Position numbers and translations under genes: made by a program. The notes beneath the pieces are model-generated. The model was not told the origin of the DNA. It saw only the letters and a list, made by a program, of their open reading frames with translations, and did no database searches. Below, piece after piece: positions 46,125-54,595 of a DNA stretch of 64,000 nt. Numbering within the stretch: position 1 is the stretch's first letter; every line of letters starts with the position of its first letter. Origin of the DNA: an uncultured virus (IMG/VR IMGVR_UViG_3300023184_000108) (lineage: Duplodnaviria; Heunggongvirae; Uroviricota; Caudoviricetes); the IMG/VR virus record IMGVR_UViG_3300023184_000108, one strand, 5' to 3'.

Positions 46125-47036
46125 ATGGCTATTTCACGCGCACAACTGTTAAAAGAACTCCTTCCCGGATTGAACGCATTGTTTGGTCTGGAGTACGCAC
46201 GTTATGGTGAAGAACATAAAGAAATTTATGAAATTGAAACCTCTGAGCGTTCTTTTGAAGAAGAAACGAAACTTTCAGGTTTCTCTGCTGCACCTGTTAA
46301 GAACGAAGGCTCAGCCATCGCTTACGACAATGCACAAGAAGCATGGACTGCTCGCTATAACCACGAAACCATTGCTTTGGGTTTCTCATTGACCGAAGAG
46401 GCCATTGAGGATAACTTGTACGACAGCTTGTCTGCTCGGTACACCAAAGGTCTGGCTCGTGCAATGGCATATACCAAGCAGGTTAAAGCTGCTGCTGTAT
46501 TGAACAACGGTTTCTCTGCTGCTTATACCGGCGGTGATGGCGTTGCTTTGTTCAACACTGCTCACCCCTTGGTTAACGGCGGCACTAACAGCAACACTCC
46601 CTCAACTCAAGCTGATTTGAACGAAACTTCTTTGGAAGCTGCCGTTATTCAGATCGCTGCTTGGACAGACGAGCGTGGTTTGTTGATCGCTGCTAAACCC
46701 AAGAAATTGGTTATTCCCCCTGCATTGCAATTCGTGGCTACCCGCCTGTTGGAAACCAGCCTGCGCGTTGGTACAAACAACAACGATATCAATGCAATCA
46801 AGAATAACGGTTCAATTCCAGAAGGTTATACCCAAAACCACTTCTTGACCGATACCAATGCTTGGTTCTTGACTACAGACGTACCTAACGGTATGAAGAT
46901 GTTCGTTCGTACTCCGCTGGCTAACAGCATGGACGGCGACTTTGACACCGGCAACGTGCGTTACAAGTCCCGCGAGCGTTATTCGTTCGGCTGGTCTGAT
47001 CCATTGGGAATGTTTGGATCCTCTGGTTCATTCTGA
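46125..47036 (+). CDS. Major capsid protein
   Basis: MAISRAQLLKELLPGLNALFGLEY..DFDTGNVRYKSRERYSFGWSD; strong SD, biased codon usage, followed by terminator. Confidence 0.92.
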   Translation: MAISRAQLLKELLPGLNALFGLEYARYGEEHKEIYEIETSERSFEEETKLSGFSAAPVKNEGSAIAYDNAQEAWTARYNHETIALGFSLTEEAIEDNLYDSLSARYTKGLARAMAYTKQVKAAAVLNNGFSAAYTGGDGVALFNTAHPLVNGGTNSNTPSTQADLNETSLEAAVIQIAAWTDERGLLIAAKPKKLVIPPALQFVATRLLETSLRVGTNNNDINAIKNNGSIPEGYTQNHFLTDTNAWFLTTDVPNGMKMFVRTPLANSMDGDFDTGNVRYKSRERYSFGWSDPLGMFGSSGSF

Positions 47037-47063
47037 TAATTTGGTTTTAAACAACCAAATGGG

Positions 47064-47087
47064 GGCCCCCAAAAGGGGCCTTTTTTT
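47064..47087 (+). terminator. Intrinsic terminator after MCP
   Basis: GGCCCC-N5-GGGGCC plus T7. Confidence 0.85.
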
Positions 47088-47164
47088 ATTATCTTTTGCC
47101 TGTAATAAAGCTCTTGTACGATTATTTTGCAGCGCGGTGTTGCACCCATTTTTAGGAGTTAATT

Positions 47165-47539
47165 ATGTACAAGGTTGAGATTGATATTTCTGTTTGGGGT
47201 TTTGAAGACGACGAAAAATTAGTTATTCATACCACTGATTTTGAGAAAGCACAAATCATCCAAGAGTTCGTTGCGTTCCAGCAAGAGCATGGTTGGGCTG
47301 TTGATTACGAAGCAGTGTCTTACGAAGATGAAGACGAAGATGATGATGATGACTACGTTTATGACGAAGATACCGATGCTTGGTATTGGTACGACGGAGA
47401 GATTGATACTTGGTATGTCTACGATGAAGAGTCTGCTGACTGGATTGAGTACGTTGAAGACGAAGAAGAAGAAGAAGATGAATCCGAAGAAGAATCTTCT
47501 ACCACGACCACATACGTCATTACTAAAATTGACGAGTAA
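47165..47539 (+). CDS. Highly acidic aromatic-repeat protein (possible DNA mimic)
   Basis: SD AGGAG; D/E runs flanking YVYDEDTDA-WYWYDGEIDT-WYVYDEESAD-W repeats. Confidence 0.6.
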   Translation: MYKVEIDISVWGFEDDEKLVIHTTDFEKAQIIQEFVAFQQEHGWAVDYEAVSYEDEDEDDDDDYVYDEDTDAWYWYDGEIDTWYVYDEESADWIEYVEDEEEEEDESEEESSTTTTYVITKIDE

Positions 47540-47559
47540 TCGCTATTCGCGAATAGCGA
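47540..47559. repeat. Perfect 20-bp palindrome
   Basis: TCGCTATTCGCGAATAGCGA is its own reverse complement. Confidence 0.8.
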
Positions 47560-47562
47560 ACA

Positions 47563-47934
47563 CTAGGGGGCTTCGGCCCCTTTTTCTTTTTCTCTTTTAC
47601 GTTCATTGTAGTGGTAAACCCTATGGCAATTTGAACACAAAACTACACATTGCTCAACTTCCTCCATTGCCTTTTTATAGCGCCCAGCCCCTACGAGTGT
47701 ATGGACACTTGCGTTTTTCATATCAGGGTCTATGTGGTGAAAGTCTAATATTGCTGGATGGTTTAGCCCACATTCAAGGCAAGACAGGGTGGCTTTAAAT
47801 TCTCTCCACTCAATTCTTAATTTTTTACTGCGTTTTTTGGTTGAAGCTTTAACCTTATCTGAATTTTTGCCGTAATGTTTTTTAGAATACCCACGTTGCT
47901 TTTCTTTCTTTTTGGTGGGATCTTTGTACGGCAT
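47563..47934 (-). CDS. HNH endonuclease (antisense to structural arm)
   Basis: CLECG..LDFHHIDP..CVVLCSNCHRVYH. Confidence 0.8.
   Translation of the reverse strand: MPYKDPTKKKEKQRGYSKKHYGKNSDKVKASTKKRSKKLRIEWREFKATLSCLECGLNHPAILDFHHIDPDMKNASVHTLVGAGRYKKAMEEVEQCVVLCSNCHRVYHYNERKREKEKGAEAP
47567..47590 (+). terminator. Intrinsic terminator
   Basis: GGGGC-TTCG-GCCCC plus T tract. Confidence 0.85.
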
Positions 47935-47935
47935 A

Positions 47936-47963
47936 TTGACATTCTACACAAATCATGTATATT
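47936..47963 (+). promoter_or_regulatory. Sigma70-like promoter
   Basis: TTGACA-N16-TATATT. Confidence 0.65.
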
Positions 47964-47968
47964 GCTCC

Positions 47969-48044
47969 CATCTGGGTGATTGCTTTTACCGCCACTGCCC
48001 CAGCAGACGATGCAACGATTGGTAAGAGCGCTTTTGCATAAGGA
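47969..48044 (+). ncRNA. Candidate pseudoknotted cis-regulatory RNA
   Basis: Stems CTGGG/CCCAG and ATGCAA/TTGCAT whose loops are complementary over 9 nt (GCTTTTACC/GGTAAGAGC); abuts SD. Confidence 0.5.
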
Positions 48045-48052
48045 TTTTTATC

Positions 48053-49060
48053 ATGGCACGCGCAACATTTGAAGGCCCCATTCTTGCGGGCGACAATCGT
48101 TTTGGGCCTCTTCGTAACGTAGGTTACACAGAAGCAGTTCAAACAGCATACCTAGACATTCTCAACACAACCGCTAACACTTCTGGTTATTCTGGTGGCT
48201 CTGGTGTGTTTGTTAGATCAAACGGCATTCCAAATTCACAAGCAACGGTGTATTCACCTTCTGCAACGGCATTTCCACCTACGGCACAAACAATTCCTGC
48301 GGATTCTGCGACCAACATATATCGTGGTGCTGTTATGTATCTGCCTTATGGCTCAACCATAAACGACGTTTTTGTTGATTGTGGTAACCCTGTAGCCGTT
48401 TCTGGTGGTTCAGCCGCACTTACTTCTGCTACTGTGTATGTTTCAAATAACTATACAGCCGCCGCAGGTACAGCAAAATATTTTCAAACTGGTTCTATTA
48501 CTGCTGCTGGTCGTCAATCGCTGTCAACATTTACTACAGCGCAACTCTATAACCAACAGCTTGGCACTACCGGTGACATCACCAACCCACCCGCAAGCGG
48601 TCAAGGTACAAGCCCTAATAGCAACCTAGTATCACAGCTTGTATTTACCCTTGCTATTGTTGGCACTTCTTTAGATACACGCGTTGCTACGGCGACTGTT
48701 GCTGGTGCTGTGATTGCAGACACTATTGGTACTTTCACTTGTACTTCTAACGCGTTTTTGGCTGTTGGTCAAACAATAACTCTTTCTGGAACATATGGTG
48801 GTACAGGTTCAATTACTGGCTACTCAAACCCAACAAGCTATTTGGTTGCTACTGCTACTGGCGGCGCTGGTACTGTTACTGGATTTAAGATTATTAACTT
48901 GGACGGTAGCCCTGTTACAACAACTGCGGGTACACCTACAGGTATTACTTACACAATCAGTTCAGCACTTTCTGGTAGGTTCCTTTTCACGGCACGTTAT
49001 ACGCAGCTTGATGGCAACATTGGCAGTACCACTGCTTACCCATACGGTAACTTTGACTAA
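48053..49060 (+). CDS. Virion structural protein (Thr/Gly-rich)
   Basis: MARATFEGPI N-terminus, LP.GS.I..V.VD beta pattern; followed by terminator. Confidence 0.65.
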   Translation: MARATFEGPILAGDNRFGPLRNVGYTEAVQTAYLDILNTTANTSGYSGGSGVFVRSNGIPNSQATVYSPSATAFPPTAQTIPADSATNIYRGAVMYLPYGSTINDVFVDCGNPVAVSGGSAALTSATVYVSNNYTAAAGTAKYFQTGSITAAGRQSLSTFTTAQLYNQQLGTTGDITNPPASGQGTSPNSNLVSQLVFTLAIVGTSLDTRVATATVAGAVIADTIGTFTCTSNAFLAVGQTITLSGTYGGTGSITGYSNPTSYLVATATGGAGTVTGFKIINLDGSPVTTTAGTPTGITYTISSALSGRFLFTARYTQLDGNIGSTTAYPYGNFD

Positions 49061-49069
49061 TTGAGTAAC

Positions 49070-49091
49070 GGGGGCTTCGGCCCCCTTCTTT
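49070..49091 (+). terminator. Intrinsic terminator
   Basis: GGGGGC-TTCG-GCCCCC-TTCTTT. Confidence 0.8.
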
Positions 49092-49110
49092 GGATTTAAA
49101 GGAGTATCGT

Positions 49111-51942
49111 ATGTCAGGTGGATGGACAGTAGTTGACTCAACGTCAAACAAATCAATTCCTATTCAAGGAACAACCGTTTCAGGCGCTGCTGCGCCTTTT
49201 GTAACACCTGCTCCGGGTACACAAGACCCAGTAGGAAAATTCCGCGTATCTCAACCTCAAGCGTTGATTGATACCGACTTTGAATATGGTACGCAGCCTA
49301 CAAAGTGGGAATCTATTTCTTTACAAAACAATAGGCAAAGCACATATTATATTCAACAACAGCCTTTGGTTGTTACATCAATCACAGGCACAACAACACT
49401 AACACTTACTGGCACATTTGTTGTTGCCGCCAATACACCAATCTTTATCCAAAATGCAACTGATTCATATGCCAACGGATGGTGGTGGACAATTGCTGGT
49501 GGTACAAACACAATGACCTGTATCCCCACAACTGCGCCAGCAGCAGGGGAAAAGTTTAGTGCGACAGGCACTTATGTGTATGCAGGTTATTTTTATTCAA
49601 ACTGCGGTATAGCTTTATCTTCAACAACAGCGTTTACAACAGATGGTACAGCTACTGTTCTTTGTACAACCACTGGTGCTCACGGCCTTCAAAAAGACAG
49701 TTTGATTTATATCAAGGGTACAACCAGCTCAGGAACAACCATCAACGGTGCGTTTGTTGTTGCGACAGTACCAACAGCTAACACATTCACTTTTGTGAAC
49801 ACCAACGGTACGGTGGCGGCATCAGCTATCACCAACGTTGCTAACAATACTACGCTTTATGCCCGTCCTGCGGGTTATGTAGAGCCTCGTACTTTTGATG
49901 GTGGTGTGGCATTTACTGCTGGTGGTGGAGCGCCTAATCAACAGTTGATTCGTCAAACACGTCGTTATTTCCGTTACCAGTCTGGCAAGGGTATTCAGTT
50001 TTCTACGGGTTCATCTTTAAAACCCGCACTGTTTGTTACTTCTATTACGGGTACTGGAACAACTGCGACAGTCACCACTCGTTATGTTCATAACATGACA
50101 GTAGGTTCTAAAATACAGGTGGCTGGATGTAATCAAGGCGTATATAACGGAACATTTACTGTTGCGTCTATTGTCAACCCAACATCTTTTACATACACAA
50201 CTGTCAATAGTATTGGCACCACCCCTGCAACAGGACTTATTCGTATCAGCCCTTTGAGTTGGTATGGATCTTCTAATCGTGTTGGAATGTTTGACCAGCA
50301 AAACGGATTCTTTTTTGAGTTTGATGGTCAGACTTTGTACGCTGTGCTGCGAAATTCCATTAACCAGATCAACGGAACAGTTGCCGTAACCAACGGCTCA
50401 AACATTGTTACGGGTACGGGTAGCGCATTCTCAAGTCAATTATTGATTGGTGACTATATTGTTATCCGTGGGCAGTCTTATAAAGTGCTTACGATTACCA
50501 GCGATACTGTTTTGCAGGTTTCTCCTGAGTATCGCGGCACTACGATTAGCGGTGCTTTGGTGTCTCGCACAATTGATTTTAGAATCCCACAGTCATCTTG
50601 GTACGATAGAGCTGATGGTACAGGCCCATCAGGATATAACATTGATCTGACTCGTATGCAGATGTGGTACATCGACTACTCATGGTACGGTGCTGGTGTT
50701 GTTCGTTTTGGTTTCCGCGGTTCAAAAGGACAAATAACCTACGTTACACAGATTCAAAACAATAACGTACAGTTTGAAGCCTACATGCGTTCTGGAAACA
50801 TGGCGGCTCACTATGAGTCAAATGGACAATCCCCAATAACACAGTTGTCAGCCAGTTTAAGTGCGGGCGGTACAACCACTTTATCTGCGGCATTGGCTGT
50901 TGATGCTGTAACAGTTCCAATAACTTCAACAACTAACTTTAACTCTGCTGGTGTTGCTGTTATCGGCACTGAGTATATTTACTACACAGGCATATCAGGT
51001 TCTAGTTTAATTGGTTGTACAAGAGGTTATGGCGGCACAGCTGCAAAATCTTATGCAAGCGGCACAGCAATCGGCCCATCTTCGATTGATATTGATAATG
51101 GCGCTGGTTTTGCTCCAAGTGGTTCAGTTAAAGTACAAGCATCAGGTGCTTCTGGAGCAATTGAGTACATCGCTTACGCAGGCAATGACGGCAGTTTCTT
51201 GTATGGTTTAACTCGCGGTCAAACTGGTGGAGCTGCTGCAACAGCGTTTACCTACTCAGCAACAGCCCCTGTAGCGGTTGAGTTTGCGTCTCCTGATACT
51301 GTTCCTTCCCTGTCTCATTGGGGTTCATCAGTAATTATGGATGGTACTTTTAACGATGATAAATCGTTAATTTTTAACTACGGTATAAGTGTTCCAGTAA
51401 CTTTGCAAACAACAGTTACCCAAGTATGTCCATTGCTTGCAATTCGAATTGCGCCCGCTGTTGATAACGGTCAAATTGGATTGCTTGGTCAAAGAGAAAT
51501 TATCAACCGTATGCAGTTGCAGTTGGTTGAATTGGGGGTTGTTACAAGTGGTACTACTTTAATTACTTTGGTACTGAACGGTTATGTATCGGGCGGAACG
51601 TGGGGAGCTTGGACTTCGCCAGTTTCTCAAGGTGTTGACGCTGTTATTTCATCGTTGGCTCAAGTTTCGGTGAACACTTTAACCACTGGCACATTGAAGG
51701 GCGGTGAGTCAGTTGCTGCGTTTTATACTAATACATCTGGTCAAACTGTTTTGGACTTGTCCCAAGTACGTGACATCGGTAACTCAATTTTGGGTGGTGG
51801 TAATAGCTCTGCTGTGTCTACAAGCCCTGCCAACGTCTACCCAGATGGCCCTGATGTTTTGTATGTTTGCGCTACCAACGTGGTAGCCGCAGCAACACCA
51901 AGTGTGTACACTCGTTTGTCTTGGAAAGAAGCACAGGCTTAA
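49111..51942 (+). CDS. Large multi-domain virion surface protein
   Basis: SQPQALIDTDFEYG, RQTRRYFRYQSGKG, IDYSWYGAG motifs; FCCH-like beta repeats; SD AAGGAG before ATG 49111. Confidence 0.65.
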   Translation: MSGGWTVVDSTSNKSIPIQGTTVSGAAAPFVTPAPGTQDPVGKFRVSQPQALIDTDFEYGTQPTKWESISLQNNRQSTYYIQQQPLVVTSITGTTTLTLTGTFVVAANTPIFIQNATDSYANGWWWTIAGGTNTMTCIPTTAPAAGEKFSATGTYVYAGYFYSNCGIALSSTTAFTTDGTATVLCTTTGAHGLQKDSLIYIKGTTSSGTTINGAFVVATVPTANTFTFVNTNGTVAASAITNVANNTTLYARPAGYVEPRTFDGGVAFTAGGGAPNQQLIRQTRRYFRYQSGKGIQFSTGSSLKPALFVTSITGTGTTATVTTRYVHNMTVGSKIQVAGCNQGVYNGTFTVASIVNPTSFTYTTVNSIGTTPATGLIRISPLSWYGSSNRVGMFDQQNGFFFEFDGQTLYAVLRNSINQINGTVAVTNGSNIVTGTGSAFSSQLLIGDYIVIRGQSYKVLTITSDTVLQVSPEYRGTTISGALVSRTIDFRIPQSSWYDRADGTGPSGYNIDLTRMQMWYIDYSWYGAGVVRFGFRGSKGQITYVTQIQNNNVQFEAYMRSGNMAAHYESNGQSPITQLSASLSAGGTTTLSAALAVDAVTVPITSTTNFNSAGVAVIGTEYIYYTGISGSSLIGCTRGYGGTAAKSYASGTAIGPSSIDIDNGAGFAPSGSVKVQASGASGAIEYIAYAGNDGSFLYGLTRGQTGGAAATAFTYSATAPVAVEFASPDTVPSLSHWGSSVIMDGTFNDDKSLIFNYGISVPVTLQTTVTQVCPLLAIRIAPAVDNGQIGLLGQREIINRMQLQLVELGVVTSGTTLITLVLNGYVSGGTWGAWTSPVSQGVDAVISSLAQVSVNTLTTGTLKGGESVAAFYTNTSGQTVLDLSQVRDIGNSILGGGNSSAVSTSPANVYPDGPDVLYVCATNVVAAATPSVYTRLSWKEAQA

Positions 51943-51943
51943 C

Positions 51944-52255
51944 ATGGCAACTCCAGCATGGCAACGCAAAGAAGGCAAGAACCCGAATGGCGGCTTGAAC
52001 GCCAAAGGCCGAGCCTCTGCGAAGAAAGAAGGACACAACCTGAAGCCCCCACAACCAGAAGGCGGCAGCAGGCGCGACTCTTTCTGCGCCCGGATGAAAG
52101 GCATGAAGTCGAAGCTCACGAGCGCCAAGACCGCAAGCGATCCGGATTCGAGGATTAACAAGTCTTTGAGAGCATGGAACTGCGCTGAAGGCGGCTATGT
52201 GAGTGCGGCTGATGGATGTGCTACCAAAGGCAAAACGAAAGGCAGGTTTGTGTGA
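51944..52255 (+). CDS. Small basic protein (DUF6321-like) with ADG.A.KGKT.G tail
   Basis: AWQRKEGKNPNGGLNAKGRAS..SFCARM..DPDSRINKSLRAWNC. Confidence 0.7.
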   Translation: MATPAWQRKEGKNPNGGLNAKGRASAKKEGHNLKPPQPEGGSRRDSFCARMKGMKSKLTSAKTASDPDSRINKSLRAWNCAEGGYVSAADGCATKGKTKGRFV

Positions 52256-52494
52256 TGGATTTAAACACTATATGGTCTGCTGGACTTTCTGTTTTGATGG
52301 GAGCTTTGTGGTTCTTTATCAAAGAGAAGTTTGAGGATGTCAAACGAATTGAGCGTTTACTCAATACAACCCGTGAGGAGATGGCCCGTGATTACGCAAC
52401 TAATTCAGAAGTACAAAGAGTTACTGACCACATTGACCAGCGGTTTAACCGCCTTGAAGCAAAAATTGACCAGCTTATTCAAGCGGGGAAGTGA
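52255..52494 (+). CDS. Small TM plus coiled-coil protein
   Basis: N-terminal TM; LLNTTREEMARDY..RLEAKID. Confidence 0.65.
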   Translation: MDLNTIWSAGLSVLMGALWFFIKEKFEDVKRIERLLNTTREEMARDYATNSEVQRVTDHIDQRFNRLEAKIDQLIQAGK

Positions 52495-52910
52495 TGCCAA
52501 GCAGTAGTGCAAAGCAGCATAAATTCATGGAGGCGGTGGCCCACAACCCAGCGTTTGCCAAGAAGGTAGGAGTTCCACAGTCTGTGGGCAAGGATTTTTC
52601 AACCGCCGATAAAGGCAAAACTTTTAAAAGAGGTGGCGAGATGGCTACAAAAATGGATCCCAAGATGATGGCAATGATGGCTGCTAAAAAACGTGGTGCT
52701 GGCATGGGCGCTATGGCTGCTCCCGCTGCCCCTACTGGTGGTATGGGTATGGGCATGATGAAAAAAGGCGGCACGACCAAAAAGATGGCAACAGGTGGTT
52801 TGGCTGCGGCTCACAAAGCTGCTGACGGTGTTGCTTCTAGAGGTAAAACTAAGGGTATGCAAGTTTCCATGTCTGGTAACAAGGGCATGAAAAAAGGCGG
52901 CAAGGTCTAA
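52494..52910 (+). CDS. Small basic Met/Lys/Gly-rich protein
   Basis: KQHKFMEAVAHNPAFAKKVGVPQSVG; four xxxGG motifs; ADGVASRGKTKG. Confidence 0.7.
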   Translation: MPSSSAKQHKFMEAVAHNPAFAKKVGVPQSVGKDFSTADKGKTFKRGGEMATKMDPKMMAMMAAKKRGAGMGAMAAPAAPTGGMGMGMMKKGGTTKKMATGGLAAAHKAADGVASRGKTKGMQVSMSGNKGMKKGGKV

Positions 52911-52920
52911 GGAGTAAATC

Positions 52921-53337
52921 ATGGCAACAAGCGCATTTGGTAAAGCATTCCGTGCAGCCCGCGATGCAGGTGATACAGAGTTTGAATTTAATGGTAAAAA
53001 GTACAACACCAAACTGAAGGAAGAAGATTCAGGTTCATCCAAGTCTTCTACTCGCGCAGCTCGTCCAACATCTACTGAAACTAGATCAGCCCCCGAGCCA
53101 CGCGAGTCAGCTGCCGCTGCATCTAATGACCAAACTTCTTCTGCTCCATCTTCTGATAGTTCAAGCAGTAGTAAATCATGGTGGACAACCCCTAATAAAA
53201 ATTTACAAGAAGGTACATTCCCAAGCGGAAAAGAAATTCGTTCTGCTTTAGGTTCGTCCTATAAAAAAGGTGGTTCTGTTTCCAGCCGTGCAGACGGTAT
53301 TGCTCAGCGGGGTAAGACTCGCGGAAAGATGTGCTAA
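52921..53337 (+). CDS. Small disordered protein with SSRADGIAQRGKTRG tail
   Basis: F.KAF.AAR..G..EFEFNGKKYNT; SD AAGGAG. Confidence 0.7.
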   Translation: MATSAFGKAFRAARDAGDTEFEFNGKKYNTKLKEEDSGSSKSSTRAARPTSTETRSAPEPRESAAAASNDQTSSAPSSDSSSSSKSWWTTPNKNLQEGTFPSGKEIRSALGSSYKKGGSVSSRADGIAQRGKTRGKMC

Positions 53338-53340
53338 ATC

Positions 53341-53616
53341 ATGGCTGCTGAAGACGACAAGAAAGCTGCGCAGTATCGCAAAGAAGCCAAGATCGGCGGT
53401 ACTGATGCGCCGGTTCCTTCAAGCGTTACACAAGAAGTAGAAGACAAAAAAGCGGCGGCTAAAGCTGCTGCGGCTCCTACAACTAAAACACAAATGGGTA
53501 AACCGTTTTCAAAGGGCGGGTCAGCTTCTAGCCGCGCAGATGGTATTGCCCAGCGTGGTAAGACCAAGGGAACTTTTATCATGTGTGGTGGCGGTATGGC
53601 AAAGGGCAAACGATGA
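53341..53616 (+). CDS. Small basic protein with SSRADGIAQRGKTKG tail
   Basis: Tail shared with the upstream gene. Confidence 0.65.
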   Translation: MAAEDDKKAAQYRKEAKIGGTDAPVPSSVTQEVEDKKAAAKAAAAPTTKTQMGKPFSKGGSASSRADGIAQRGKTKGTFIMCGGGMAKGKR

Positions 53617-53891
53617 TGGCGAGCCGTGGCATGGGTGACATCGCCCCTTCCAAGATGCCAAAAGCCAAGACGATCACTCGTAAAGATGATCCGAACAAGG
53701 TCAAGGTATACAAGGAAGGCGGGGGCGTCAATGCTGCTGGCAACTACACTAAACCGGAATTGCGCAAGCGGATCGTGTCTCAAGTCAAAGCTGCAGCAAC
53801 ACAAGGCACAGGTGCTGGTCAGTGGTCAGCAAGGAAAGCTCAGTTGGTAGCCAAGAAATACAAAGCTGCTGGTGGAGGATACAGAGATTGA
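53613..53891 (+). CDS. Small basic protein (DUF5872-like N-half)
   Basis: SRGMG, NYTKP.LRKRI, GQWSARKAQL..KKYK.AGGGY. Confidence 0.65.
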   Translation: MMASRGMGDIAPSKMPKAKTITRKDDPNKVKVYKEGGGVNAAGNYTKPELRKRIVSQVKAAATQGTGAGQWSARKAQLVAKKYKAAGGGYRD

Positions 53892-54124
53892 AAGCGCCGC
53901 AACAGTCCTTAAAAAACTGGGGCGACCAGAAGTGGCGTACCAAGTCAGGTAAACCATCTTCTAAAACTGGTGAGCGGTACTTGCCAGAAGCGGCAATTAA
54001 ATCTTTATCCCCCGCAGAATATGCGGCGACAACGAAAGCAAAAAGACAAGGCAAGGCGGCGGGTAAACAGTTTGTAAAACAGCCGCCCAAAGTGGCGAAG
54101 AAAACAGCAGGATTTAGAAAATGA
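53888..54124 (+). CDS. Small basic protein (DUF5872-like C-half)
   Basis: QQSLKNW..QKWRTKSGK..ERYLP.AAIKSLS..EYAATT; TTG start overlapping upstream stop. Confidence 0.6.
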   Translation: MKAPQQSLKNWGDQKWRTKSGKPSSKTGERYLPEAAIKSLSPAEYAATTKAKRQGKAAGKQFVKQPPKVAKKTAGFRK

Positions 54125-54324
54125 TTTCTTTTATCCAAAAACAACTTGAGGCTTCTGAACGCATGTTTGAACTCATGCACAGAGACCATAAAGAGCGCAT
54201 GGAACAGATCGTGATGTGGGCGGATATGAATGAAAGCTTGATGCGCAAACTAGAAGAACGTGATCGAGAGATTGCGCGATTGCAAGGTCTTTTGAGAGCA
54301 CATGAAGTTATGGAAAAAATTTAA
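54121..54324 (+). CDS. Hypothetical coiled-coil protein
   Basis: Coupled ORF. Confidence 0.55.
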   Translation: MISFIQKQLEASERMFELMHRDHKERMEQIVMWADMNESLMRKLEERDREIARLQGLLRAHEVMEKI

Positions 54325-54337
54325 CTAAGGAAGATAT

Positions 54338-54595
54338 ATGTCACAACTTAATCTCACCCCCGAAGAAGACCAAATGCTGTTGGCTGCTCTGCGTACGCAC
54401 GCTGCTCAATATCAAGCTATGTTTGGATCCTCTGAGACAACAATGTTGGCTTTGATTGCCAAGGTTGAAGGCCAATTGTTACAGCCTGTTCCAGCCGATA
54501 TTATTGAGCCAACAGACGAAGAAGTGGAAGCCCATTTTGCTGCTGTAGAGGCTGCTACTACTAAAACCAAAAAAACCAAGGTAGTTGAAGAGTAA
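54338..54595 (+). CDS. Hypothetical protein
   Basis: SD AAGGA; coupled to the next gene. Confidence 0.55.
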   Translation: MSQLNLTPEEDQMLLAALRTHAAQYQAMFGSSETTMLALIAKVEGQLLQPVPADIIEPTDEEVEAHFAAVEAATTKTKKTKVVEE

